Positions 39,201 through 51,900 of a stretch of 64,000 nt of DNA are shown piece by piece; position 1 is the stretch's first letter, and each line of letters begins with the position of its first letter. The position numbers were made by a program, and so were the translations under genes. The notes under the pieces were generated by a model. That model was given only the letters and a program-made list of their open reading frames with translations, was not told the origin of the DNA and made no database searches. This DNA is from Anthoceros angustus (Eukaryota > Plantae > Anthocerotophyta). The stretch is taken from the NCBI GenBank assembly GCA_010909165.1, contig MU008171.1, positions 620,001 to 684,000 of the forward strand, written 5' to 3'.

Positions 39201-42200
39201 GGAGGTGGACATGCCCGCAATCATACCATCCCAAGCCATTGAGCGAAAGCAGTAGCAACAAAGGCTCTTGTTTCAACTGGTCAAAAGGCCTTGTGGTGTG
39301 CGATGAGGAAATGCGAAGCGGGCGTCTCTTGATTTCCAAGCCTGTTGCAACCAAATGTGTGTTCGAAATTGACTATAGAAAGGTTGGGAGCGAGATACCG
39401 GTTTCTACGAATGGGCGAGGCGAGAGACATTTCGGAATCTCTTGTTCACGTCGATCGCGTAGACAATGATAAAGTTGTGACTCATCTATGGGGTCGGCGA
39501 TGCTGCCTCGAGCCTTTTGCAGGTATATTGCATTGGCCATAGTAGGTATGAGGAGTCAAGAGAAGGGTTATTGCACATGCACCGTGGATGGCTTTAGAGC
39601 AAACCCTAAGCATGATCTACATATGCGAGCAATCGCGTGGATGGACAACATTCCTGTTCATGGCGGAAAGGCTCCCCAATGTTGATGTGTTCAATCTTCC
39701 ACATTTACAAAGTTCAAATTTGGGCAAAATATAAGCAATGTGAGGGTTCCATCAGCGGTTTGTCACCTATGCTTGGTTTTGAAACTTTGGAGGAGAACTT
39801 GGTGAAGATTCCAAAGTCCAACAGTTCTCCACGTGCTCGCGCAGGATTAAAAGCGACAATTAGAAACACGATCGCTAAAGTCGACCAAGGTATTCTCCAG
39901 AATCCTTTCGTGAGTACATTATGTGTCCTTCTATGTCCTTTGTTGCTGCACACTCTCCATGTCTTAGGTGGTTAGTACATCGTGTTCTCGTAATTTGTGT
40001 GGCATGTTGAAAGGGACGTGCTCATTGAAGTAGGCTACCATGTCGTTCGACCAATGAGTGGGCCTGGCGGCGCTCCTCTTAGCACCTCGGGGTTTACGCA
40101 GCTTGTGCATTCTATGGAAGAGGCGTCCCAGTGTAGGGAAGAGGAAGTGTCTTGGCCAACCTAGGAAGCTTTGGGTGGGAAGGTAAAGGTGTCTCGGGAA
40201 GGTTAGGGTAGTAAGAAGGAACGTTTTCCATGCTCCTCATGGCATTGCACTCCATAGTAAGAGGTATGGCCGGCGGTGAACATACGGCTTTGTCGAGGCC
40301 TCCTCACGGATAGAGGCCGTGCGCCCTCCTCTCCAAGATGCAAATTCTACAATGGTAGGCGGTTTGCGGTGTTAGTGGATAGCCAGGTGGTATGAGGATG
40401 GCGCCGCGCCTTTCACCTAAAAGTCCACTTTTGTTTCCTTTTACCGTATCTGGTTTATACGGTTTTGGTGGGCGACAGCAAGCATTCGGCCTAAGGGTTG
40501 AGCACGCGATCTCATGTTGCGGATACGGGTGCCATACCCGATCTTGGGTGTTCCATGTTCTGCAATGATCCTATGTCGCAATGCCGTGAATGTCTACGCT
40601 GTAACACCAATTGTTTGCGAGAAATATCGGTGCCTTAGATGCCCATCGAGATCGGCTGCTGGCGAGCGAAGATGACAAAGCATCGCAGCAAGAGCTACGT
40701 GGAGCCCCACAAATATATGTTATTGGCCATCGATGGAATGGACCAAGAAAGCGAGCTTAGCATTTCTTGCGGTGGTCAAGAATTTGGATGAAGAATGTCG
40801 ATTTCGGCCGTTGTGGGGTGCATGATTCACAATTACACTCACAAAGCAAGGGCATATTTGCATTATGCCAACCTCCAATGACGCCTAATTTGACTATAAA
40901 CATCATTCAAGATGTTATCCACAATTATGATGGGGTCTGCCTAAAGTGTTGTACTTACAACTGGACAACACTTGCCGGAGAACAAGAACCAACTACTCTT
41001 TGCGTATCTCAACATGTTGGTAGACATGGGAACATTTGAGAAAGTGAAGGTGGGCTTCCTGCTAGTTGGGCATACTCATGATCAAATTGATCAGATGTTT
41101 TCATGCTTCTCTAAAAGCTTGAAACACAAGGAAGCGCACACTCTGCCCGCACTGGCAAGTATTATCAAGGGAGCGTACACTCCAAGGCCGGAGGTGAAGA
41201 TACTGACTGAAGTTCCCGACTTCCGGAAGTATGTATGGCCAATAAGACGGGGGGATGGGCGGCAGACGTATTCGGCAGTTGTGAGTAAATTGAATAATCT
41301 GTCGTTCCAGCATCAATTCAAGATCACACGCGAGGAGAAACCGAGCGGTCGTGATGTCGAGGGAGTGACTCAACATCGTTGTGTGGGAAGCGAAGGAGGC
41401 TTGGAGTTTTTGAAGTTTGTGCCACAGGAGGTCATAACTGCGGCTCCTTTGTTAGCCTTGCGGGCTAGAGATAAAAAGGCTCGGCCGCTTGTCTCACGAG
41501 GCGTTGCTTACTTGAGCGAGGGTTATCAGCTCCGGCCTTACGTTACGCGGAAGAGTACACATGGTGGGAGGAGTTGGGTTGACCAGAAGAAATTGTCAGT
41601 AATTGTGGACAACCATATCGGGTTGGTTCTGCGACCATGGAAGTGGTTTTCGAGAGTGGAGGGCGACGCTTGAGTGCCCTTATGCATGCCCGATGCGGCT
41701 TTCTTTGAAGCGCTCTGTGAACTTCCACAACGCGATATGTATTTGGGGGCGTATAAAAATTTGGGCAAGCAACAAGAAGATATGACACGTTTGAATGGCG
41801 ATATTACGGAGATCAAGAAAGGAATGTTCATAGCAGTCCGTGTTCAATGAGACACACACAGACCATTTTGGATTGGAAAGGTCATAGATGTGAAGTTGGA
41901 GTCGCCCAAACCTCACTTCCTCGTTCATTGGTATATGACCGAGCATACGGATGCATATGAGGGAAGATATGTTGAGGAATATATAATTCCGGAAGCGGTA
42001 CGAACATGGCTTCAAGGTAGGGAAGAAAGGAAGCAAATCCTTGTATACCAAAAATATTCAACAGTCTTTGTGAGCAACGGTAATCCTTTATTATGGATTC
42101 GTCTTTGAATGCTCGAAAACATTTATATGTTGTTGACAAGAAAGCGATAAAGGATAAGTTGAATGAATTGCGTGGGTTTATTCACATCCGAAAGTACCCA
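36300..42200 (+). CDS. DUF7869-like DDE transposase gene (spliced and frameshifted); core ORF 40972-41673
   Basis: VKIPKSNSFSTCSR (about 38590-38625), donor GTGAGT at about 38687, IDGMDQ (40729-40746), LYLQLDNTCR-ENKNQLLFAYL, FLLVGHTHDQIDQMFS, C-terminal FWIGKVIDVKLESPKPHFLVHWY. The 5' boundary is uncertain. Confidence 0.85.
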
Positions 42201-43109
42201 CGAGGATAGTGATGACCATGGTGCGGGGCGGTCCGGCGATGGGGAGTGACCTCCGGAGATGAGTAAACGTGCTTCCATGGAGAAGGAATTGGGAGAGGAG
42301 GCAATGGTTCCGCATCTTGAGATAAATATAGGGTTCTAGCTTCACCCGGTCTAAATTCCAGTACTCCTTGTCCGAGCCTTTGTTAGGGTAAGCCAGCGTG
42401 AATCATGTTTGGCTTTTGGTCCATTACCACCTCAATGCAATACAATACCGTATCCGTATATGTGGTTTGCAACACCAATAAATTAAGTATGTGTTTGGGC
42501 GGTTATCTGCCCCAAGATTATAGTGGCGTGTTGTCCATAGCTGGACAAATTTGTCGAGGATGATAGATAGGGCGTTGTTGCGATCATCCCAACCATCTTC
42601 GATCCGTAGGTGGTGTTTGTTCTTCAATTTGTGGTAGCGGAGGCGAATCGGTAGTGACCTCCATAGACAAGGAGAGGCCGGCCGCGCTGCTCCACTCAAG
42701 GCCGCCAAGCATACGGTCGGGTTGACCCGATCATGACCTCTACCCTTTGCCAAACCCTTGACATCAAAACAAATTTGCAGAAGACTATGGTGTTTGCATG
42801 CCAACCGTACTTTCTTGCGTGACGGACCCAAATCCGGGTTCACTGGCATCCTTTCCCCTGCATTAACGGTCAGCACGGTGGGTCTTAATTTGCCCTCATC
42901 AAATGGGTAAAGAATTTCGAGCACCCTTCCACGGCGTGTACCCATATTGTAAAAGGGGGACAACGTGTATGGGACACCCTGTTTTTCTGTGGTTCTTTTA
43001 GCAGAACATGCTATTCGTCGTTTTGAGACCCATGTGTAACCCCCTTTGGCGCATATTTTCAAGAAAACCCCCATCATGTATATTCCCCCTCTTGAAGGTT
43101 TATGGTGTT

Positions 43110-45530
43110 CATTGCAGAGTTCTCACTAGCACCAGAATGCATTCTGAACAATTACCGTTTGCTCTCGTCTGCATTCGCGAAAGATTTGCACCAGCCTCTA
43201 AGGCTCACATTTCTTGATGATCAGGTTGTTGAACCTAAGATCAAATGCCCTGTACAGCTCCGGACCTTGTGGCACTTCATCAAACTCCTGTGGCTTCGTT
43301 ATACAAAGAAGTTGCGCCAGTGGGTCTCCTTGACACATGTCCAGGTTCGCCCAAACAACCCATCCAGCCCTCACTCGCTGATTAGGCAAGGCATCCTTGT
43401 ATCCCATGATCCACAACTTGAAGAGTGGTGTCCAGAAAATACCTTCGTCCTCAGGCTCCAATTCTTGAACCAACATCCAGTCCTTATCCAAAAGAGGTGT
43501 GGAGTCCATCTGTGCTCCAAGCCTTTGTATGTAGATAGTCTCCTCAAAGCTGTAAGGGGAGGGAATAGGCACTACGCGCTTCTATGCTTTCTCTCCCTTG
43601 TCACCAGTAGCAAGACCTTTGGTTGTGCTGGCCTTAGCGGAAATAAGGCTCCCGGATTTTGCCTGATTTGCACCTCCAACCAATTGCGATCCAATTGCAA
43701 GCTGGGGCCCAGCTTGTTCCACCGCTACTGGTCCTACACCTCCGCGCCCTTGAGGAGCATCCATGGTCGCCCCTGCGGCTGATGCCTTCCCTTCCACGCC
43801 GCCGCGATCTCCTCACCTACATGGGGTCGGGGATCGAGATTCTCATCCCCAGTCTTTTTGCTCCTGCGACCCATTGCCATCTGCTGGAAGACCACGAGGA
43901 AGACATGATGAAGAACGCAAGTCCTACACAGACAGGTAGAAGTTGGATGAGCAAAAAACGAAGACTGACCTTTGTTCAAAGAAGGTTGGCAAGGCAGGGC
44001 GTGTGAGCGGTATCACTGCACAATTGCTCCGGGCTTCACAGTAGTGGCGACAAGCTCCGTGCTTCTGGTAATCACGAGCGAATGGGGCACTCTTGGTGAA
44101 GTGGTTTCATTCGCGACGGTGTTACCGATGCACATCCCGGCTTGCATACACACGTTTTTTTGGATCGTAAAAAGGTATAACCTTGTTTTCTTCACAACGG
44201 CAAGTATAACCCCAACGAACATAGGGTTTCTAGCATGCTTCAATATCATGTTAATGCGTATCCCCATAAAGTCGGTGTAGCATAGGCAAACCCTGGCTCC
44301 CGAACAATCGTATTTCTGGATCGGAAATAGGTATAACCCTTTTTCCTTCACAGCCGCAAGTATGACCCCAACAAGAATAGGGTTTAAAACATGTTTCACC
44401 ATCAAGTTAATCAAAATCCCCATAAGGTCGACATCATTCCGTGTTGCCATGTCCAAACATTGTCCACATGAACAGACAAAAGATTTTCCGCTTGCCTACA
44501 CCAACATCTGCCATGACCTGCACATTCCAAAAATCCTCCATGTCATTTACAGAGTGCGTCGCAGCCCATCGAGACTCCTCCTTTGATGGCATCCTCGCCC
44601 ACTTCGCCACAAATGCCATCCGGATGGGCTTCGCGCCTCGACGCCCGAATGGATAAGTACCTGGCATGCGAGCATGCGAGCATCCATGACCTTCTTGTTA
44701 GAACTGGCCACACCCTTTCCCTCGAGCTAGCTCTTGCACTCCTGCCTCCATTGCCTTCCTCCACTCAGAAAACCACATTCCAGTCGTGGTGTCTCTGTCG
44801 CCCTTATTCCTTACACCTCTGCCTCCTTCACCCGTGTCCTTACAAAATAGTTGCGCGAGCGCAGGCAAGCGGAAAATTTCTTCCATATGAAATCCAAGTT
44901 CTTGATGTGAGGGAACTCCCCTGCAACCAAGTCCATCGAGTGAGTCCATAGCCTTGCCGTCTTGCGTTTTCCAACTGTGCCCCATTTTCATCCGTGTGAT
45001 GACCAACTTATGAACGCGTTTGCCAAATGCATCCTTGTCATCCTCTCTTCCTCGTCCAAACATTCTCCCCGGCCGGTGTACGCGGCGTCGCCATGACCTC
45101 CACCTTCAGCAATTACCTGAGACCTCGTCCTTCCATGGAGGTGCAAGTGCTTTCAATGCTTCCGATAACGGAACCTCATCCGGCTTCAAAACCTCATATT
45201 CCTAGTCCGCGACCGTGGCATCGGGCTCCCCCTCGGCAGCGGCCATGCGGCGGTGCCATAATGGGAGAAAATGCTGCTGCACTCCCGAGTCTTCCTCCAC
45301 CTGGACTTGCTCCAAGGGAGGCAGCCCGTCCTCTGAGTCTTCCTCCAACGGAGGCATACCCCCGGTCTCCTCCTCGCTCCCATATATGCAGCCGTCATCC
45401 TCCAAATGCACCTCCTCGAGCGTCCCCTCCTCAGTTTCCCTCCACATAGCCATCTTGCTTGTGCTCACGATGATGAATCTGCCTGGAGCTGCAAATACAG
45501 CTGCTTGCAGCTCAGCAGATCGTTGAAGGC
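43110..45530 (-). mobile_element. Right part of the 'outer' element, with the paralogous cargo ORF (43198-43797) and further unknown ORFs
   Basis: 43114-43800 is homologous to 34950-35640; 44000-44450 resembles 35900-36260; acidic ORF remnants run to about 45500. Confidence 0.7.
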
Positions 45531-45759
45531 AAAAAAATACCGAAATGAGGCAAAATCAAGCACCTTTGATGCAAGGTCCGGACTACAGCTTACCTCATTC
45601 CAGCCATGGCTTGGATTCCACACGATGACACTCCGTCCACGCTCTGATTTGAACAAAATGCCGCGCCCTCTGCCCTCACACCATCCGGGTGACTCGAGCC
45701 TACGTCATTCCCTGAGCTGATTCAACAACTTGGTGACGACAGAAGCCCGATGTCGAGGC

Positions 45760-46481
45760 TGTCATGCCGTGTCATACTAATCTCTGCACTTGGGTTTAGT
45801 GTTTGATTAGCATTAATTAATCTAATTACTTATCTTTAAGTAAGTAATTAATGTTAATTAATCTAAAGTGCTTATGTTAATTAAGCATTGATTAGTGTTA
45901 ATTAATCTAATGTGCTTATGTTAATTAAGCATTGATTAGTGTTAATTAAACATGGTTAGCTAAGTGGATAAGCTCAAGTAATATGCTTTGGCATATTATA
46001 TTATAGTGTATTCTTAGGATACAATAGCTAAGTGGATAAGCTCAAGTAATATGCTTGGGCATATTCCTTGCATATTATAGTGTATTCTTATGATATTTAC
46101 GGCATATCGTCAATAGGATATCTTAGGAATATGCCGATGCAGTCTAGTATATATAGACCCTTCCATTGAGGACAAGCTCGGATCATAGCTTGTCCTCTGA
46201 ATATCTGATCAAGGGTGTTGTGAGGAGGCCAAAGCTATGACTCAAGCGATGTGCGAGGAATTTGCGTGTTGTTCTCGTGGGGAAAGTGTGTTTGTGCCAC
46301 GATGTCGACTACCCTCCTGTTATTGGTTTGCACCTATATACCTGCGTATTAGATTTGTTTGCTTGGTTGTTGGTCGAGGAAGTGCTTATATGAATTCAAG
46401 TGCTTACCTCGTGCGACAAGGCCGGTGTATGACGCCAGCGGCAAGCTTTGTGTTTGTGTTGGGTTAGATTGAGGTACAACA
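45760..46481 (+). repeat. LTR-like fragment or possible solo LTR
   Basis: Begins TGTCA, ends GTACAACA, has a TATATATAGA box, internal tandem repeats and a homolog at 25870-26055. No TSD found. Confidence 0.5.
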
Positions 46482-47599
46482 TCGGCAGGGCCAGAAACGA
46501 ACACAAGCATAAACATGGCAGTTTACAAACATGGCAGTTTACAGTGCAGCTACCTTACATTAAAAAGCCACATCCGGCTTGTATTAAAAAGCTACATCCG
46601 GCTTGAATTACAAAGCCACATCCGGACTCGTACTCGCTTGCGGCAGACCTCTAATTGGGGCCCAACAGCTTGGCCCCCTGCGTGGTGCTAGTCGACTCGG
46701 GCTCGAGTTGGGGCAAGAGGCCTGATTCGGCCCCTTCTAGGCAATTCTCCTTGCGCGACTTGGGCTGAGAATTGCTTGCCATGATTTCACTTGAATGGAT
46801 GACCATGGTTGAGTCCCGTTCGAGTCCAGATATAGTCCGCAGTCAATGAGGAGTAGTGACTGTGGTCAAAGAAGCTCCTCATTTTCCCGTGATACCCTGC
46901 CACCACAGCCTGACGGCCTGCAATAGTGAATCATTGTCCACAAATCGAGAGCCTTGGACGGCCAGATCTGGTCCCTGCCTGCTGGCTCTGTGCTAACTGA
47001 TGTTAGTCCAGCTGGTGTGTTGCGACCCACTGCTGGGGACTCATCAATCACACGCCCTTGACCACAGCGTTCGGTTTTGACTCGGCTTCTCTTTAAGATG
47101 AATCGACCAATGCATCGATCTCCAGTCATGGGGGACCCGGGCTTACCTGAATCGATGCCAGTGGAGGATGAGGAGGCCCCAATCTCCTCTGATCACAACA
47201 CTAAGTTGTTGCCTGAACAACAACAAGAGGACATTGAGTAAACGCGCACTCAAATCGCAACCATGCAGCTTCCATGGCCAAATGCTTCACCAGATCGCCT
47301 TGGAGATGGAATCGATGAAGCGGAGAGTCCAGAAGATGGGTTCTACAGTCGCGACACCGTGATCCGCCTCTTCAACTTTTGCATGGATTGTGTGATTTGC
47401 TCTATGCCAGCCCTCAGACATCACCAGATGCCCGAGGCACGAGAAGTTGGTGGCTTTGTCTGCCAGCCCGTGACAATGAATCTCGCTTCTTCCAGACAGG
47501 CATTTGGGGTCAGCACCGGGGCAAGCCATCACCACCTGTGATGGAAGGTTTGCATACAGTTTTCATCATTCAGTAGTTTTCACACTACACCTATTGTAT

Positions 47600-50560
47600 G
47601 TTATACGATTTTCCAAATAACCTAATCCCACACGGCTTGACCATCAGTTTTCGTTGGTATTGGAGTGCATATCATCCACCCCCCCGCCCTGGCATGATGT
47701 CAGGGTGTACAAAGGCTTGGCTGACATGTATGGGAAAGGTCTATGGGCCGGTCTTGTGGTCCCGACGATATCGATATGGTTTCCCGGTGTCAATGCTGTA
47801 GAAGCTACTGAAATCCATCTCCATGGACACTGGCCTCCTAGTCATGCTGCACTTGAACCAATCCACCTCAAAAATGAAGAAGCTAACGTCTCCTTCCTCA
47901 CACGCAACCTCCAGTATATCCTGAATTTGGCCGAAAAATTCCTGGCCTGCCACGTGGATGTCCATGGAAAAAATTGCCGTGAACCCAATTGTCGCATGTG
48001 GCTCGCCGGGTTTCGTCCGCCTGCTTGGTGCGGAAGTGGTACCCATGGGCCTCGAGGCCACGATATGACATGACCTTCGTACGAGGACCATATGCCAGGG
48101 CCCTTACGACATGGGGGTGATCTAGCCCATCGAACCCGCCTGCATCAGCCGTTTGCAGGGCCCATGTCATGAAGTCACGGGTATGTGGACTGGTCGCAGT
48201 GTACATTTGCCGGGTTGGCTCCATTGTTGCTGAATGAGACAATAAATACCAATGAAAGCGTGTCCTGTTGTCTGCACTAAGCCCTTTTTGGGTACCCTTG
48301 CCAATAGGTCGCTCTCCCTCCGTGTTCGATATTTTCACCCCAAACAAGTGTGCCTGACTTGGGTGCATAGCGCTCATATACTCTGAAGCATAGTGCATGG
48401 CCTCCATCGCCAAATAACCTGTTGCCATGCTCCCTTCCGGACGAGCTCTTTGCCGCACATGATTTTTCAAGACTTGCATATATCGCTCGATTGGATACAT
48501 CCACTGACAATGTACTGTACCATGTGTCTCTACTTCGTCAACTAGATGTATTATGATATGTTGCATGATATTCCAGAACAATGACGGCATATGGCATTCC
48601 AGGTCCACGACCACATCAATGGCTTCCTGTTTTTTCATTGGTATGTCAGCTAGGTTAATCTCCTTACTACATATCCATCAATAGAGAGCACTTAGCTTCA
48701 CAACGGCCTTACACTCGGGGCATCCAACCATGCTCTAAGGGCAATGGGCAAATAAAACTGAAGAAGGCAGTGCCAATCATGGCTTTTCATGCCCGTCACC
48801 TTATCCCCGCTAAAACAACGGCGCATAGATGCTCCAAAGCCTGTTGGGGGCTTCATGTTAGCGATTTCTTGCTTCACTCCTTCAAGTCGATCTCTGGATA
48901 AGACATAAGCAGCATCGGGGAGATGCGTTTCTCCATTATCAGGTACGGGCCAGTACCACGGTTTGGAGTCATATTCTTCCATGTCAATTCTTGCATTGAG
49001 GGTGTCCCCCTTTTGAGTACATGCTAAAGGGCACAGCGATTTGGCCTCTACATGCATGACATCCATCCTGATTTCTCAATTCCACGCATCCAAGGGTAGG
49101 GTTATTGGCGATAAGCAGTGTCACCTTATGCGCGAACAAGGTATCCAAAGTCATAGCTTACCTGGAGATATGGGAGAGCTTGGAGCAACACTGATTGCCG
49201 CCTTACAGATATCGATGCTTACGTCCCATGCTGGGCGGCCACCTATTTCCTACACCACGTCTTGCACAGATCGCGGTTGGGTAGGGCTCTCCTTTCGGTC
49301 TTGTTGTCGAAATCGCCGCTCCAGCCGAGAATCCCCTTGGGCACACCAACGGCGGTGGCTAACATACACAATTTTGGTCAGAATGGGGCTCCAACGAGGC
49401 ATAAGTTCTTGCCCACAATCGACACACGCCATGTATCCTCTGACCTGAATGCCAAACAAATGTCCGAGCCCCGGATAGTCGCATGTCGCGGTGACAATTG
49501 CTGCGCGCAGACAAAAGTGGCGTGAAGCATCTCCCTCAAGCCACGAACTGTCCAGTATGGGAATGCCTTGGAACAGAAGTGCAAGTTCTTCCACCAAGGG
49601 CTGGAAGAAGTTGTCCAGATTTTGGACTTGTTGAGGTGCAGGTACAATCAAGGGTGTCAGGATGTGATTTTTCTTGGAGGAGAGCCAAGGAGGTAGATTA
49701 TGAATCTGGAGAACAACCGGCCATATGGAATATGTGCTTGACCTATGCCCTCCCGGGTTTATGCCGTCTGTTGAAATTCCGAACCTGATGTTCCTCACCT
49801 CCTATCCAAATTCGGCCTGCCTGTCAAGGGCCTCCCATGCCGGAGTGTCCGCCAAGATGCGGATGTGACCGTCCCGGCTGCGATTCCTAGAATACCAGGT
49901 CATGAGCTCTGCCAATCTGGGGCACATGAAGATTCGTTTCAGGCGGTCCACAATTGGAAAGTAGAAGAGGGCTTTTCAGGGATGGGCGCTGGGAGCACCG
50001 GCATGTGCGCCTCCCCACACGCACACCAAATCCTGCGATGTTGCGCCCTAGAAAATGCCACATCCTCGGACACAAGCGTCAATCCGCTGGGCAGTGTGCC
50101 CGATCTTCAACATAGTAGCTTGGGCACCTTTCTTGGTGTCGGGAAGACAATTGCCAGGTGGCAGGAGGGTGTTGGCCAAGAGCTGGAAAAGGGCGATCAT
50201 CTTTGGAATCGACCCGGGAGGTCTGAATGCTGAGGAGAGCCAAGATCGTAGTGAGCCGGGATGCCTTGCTGGTGGAAGGCGATTGGATATCCCACAATGG
50301 GGTGTTGGCTTCTATCGCCAAAGCCTCTTGCCACCGATTATCAACCCCTGCCAGGAAGGCTTCGGTTGCCTCACCTGGGTCCTCCTCACTACTCGTGTCA
50401 CTAGCGCTTCCGTGGTGCCTTTTGCCAGGGCCTGCTTCCATCTGAGGGTCTTCCCCATCGTCGTCCGCAAGAGGGGAGGCGGGGTGGAGCGAGACCGAAT
50501 TACGAGTGGAGGACGTGCTCGGATGAGGACCTCCTGGCGGGTGAGCCCTTGCACATGCAC
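47600..50560 (-). pseudogene. CACTA/EnSpm transposase (Transposase_21, DUF4218 and DUF4216 regions), frameshifted
   Basis: RNIRFGISTDGINP...YSIWPVVLQIHNLPPW; TCDYPGLG; GMKSHDWHCLLQFYLPIALR; HLVDEVETHGTVHCQWMYPIERYMQVLKNHVRQRARPEGSMATGY; GYHFRTKQAD. Confidence 0.93.
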
Positions 50561-51311
50561 AGGCGGAACTTGGTCAATTTCTGCACCATTTATTGGGGAA
50601 ACGGATAACTAGCAGAGATGCACATTGTGAAGGGTGGGTGTTGCAATCACAGCCAGACCCGCGCATGGAGGAATGCATCCCACTTTTGGACATAGCGCAG
50701 TGAAATATCTCCTCTGACACGGGTTCGGAAGGGAGCACACTCTGGGCAGGGACAATAAATCGATGGAATCTGCCTATCGCGGACATAGGCCGCCATCGCC
50801 GGGCTGCAATTCTCACGTTGGGGGCGGAGGCGAAGGAGAGGGGGGATTTACGCGCGGAACCTCCCTAAAGATGAGGAACGGTTGGGCTTGTGCCATAGGC
50901 ACGCCGGGCGTGACCGTCCGGACAGGCCTTAGCGCTCAACGGTAACGCCCCTTGCACGCCAAACTGGCCCAACGCGGCCCGATTCGGGCCGCACACAAAA
51001 TCTCTTGGCAGCCCGAGCTTAAATGGTCTGGGGCCCCCACGAATGCAGCAAGGGCCGGGCAACTGGCTGGTAAGGGCCGGGATGCTTACCACTGTCCGGA
51101 CGGACATCCGGACGCCAGTTTGGGCTCCCGGCTTGTTACAATTTATGGTTGCACATTGCCGAAATGGTCGCGATAAGCGTACTGAAAGCCGGGGTCTGGG
51201 GAAGTATTTTGGCATGGATATGACGCAATGGTTTCGTGCTTCCTAGGTCCGTGGTTAAGGTGCCCTACGTTTGCGATCTGTGGTGGGCACGTCATTCTTG
51301 GTCTGGATGTC

Positions 51312-51900
51312 CCCTACTAGAAAAGGGCACCCTATGTTACAGTCGATGTTGCAATTTTTTGTTACACTTCCACATTGCAACATGTTTTGGAGGCTTGGTA
51401 TTAAGTTTGTTAGTTCCCTCGCTTGGTGCATCTTATCTTAACACGAACTGCACTCTCTCTTCCCACCTCACCTTCCGGGTACACCCCCTCTCACAAGCAT
51501 TGTTAATAATTTCCCCTGCCCTTATTACGATCGTGTTGCAATTTTATGTAACACTTCCAACTTGCAACATGTTTTGATGGCTTGGTGTTAAGTTGGTCCA
51601 TTTTTCCTCTTCCTTCTCCCACCATCCTAACACAATGCTTGGTCTCTCACTTCATGTAACACTTCAAAATTGCAACACTCTTTGGTGGCTTGGTGTTCAG
51701 GGTGTCAATTTCTTATCCACCTTCTCACCCCATCTTAACACAATGCTGGGTCTCTCTCCTCTCACCTCACCCTGCTAGTTATTGCTCCCCTTATCACACC
51801 CTTTTTATACTCTTTCACTTCTCCTCCTCCATCATGACTTTGAGAAGGACCTCCCCTATCACAACCATTTTATACTCTTCCTCTTCCTCTTGCAACATGA
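51312..51900. mobile_element. Left terminus of a CACTA-like element (CCCTACTAGAAAA) with TTGCAAC subterminal repeats
   Basis: Differs from the 28014 terminus by one substitution and one deleted G. Repeated GTTGCAA/TTGCAACATG motifs at about 51347, 51375, 51535, 51562, 51670 and 51890. Confidence 0.6.

Larger units (their letters stand above)
31172..43109. mobile_element. 11.9-kb autonomous-type DNA transposon with 33-bp TIRs and 4-bp TSD, encoding a DUF7869-like transposase and a DNA amino-methyltransferase
   Basis: Left TIR AACACCATATACCTTCAAGAGGGGGAATATACA (31172-31204); right TIR reverse complement AACACCATAAACCTTCAAGAGGGGGAATATACA (43077-43109), 32/33 identical. TSD CATT at 31168-31171 and 43110-43113. 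Confidence 0.93.

Noticed and set aside
42424-43077. 217-aa minus-strand ORF at the right end of the big element
   Set aside because: It overlaps the subterminal GGGGG-box region, shows no recognisable motif, and the equivalent region in the derivatives has no evident matching ORF; likely a chance ORF.
47583-47595. CACTACAC as the left terminus of the transposase-bearing CACTA
   Set aside because: No subterminal repeats, and it lies too close to the coding region; no matching right end found.
28014-51312. Pairing the CACTA end at 28014 with the CCCTA end at 51312 as one element
   Set aside because: They face away from each other and have different subterminal repeats.
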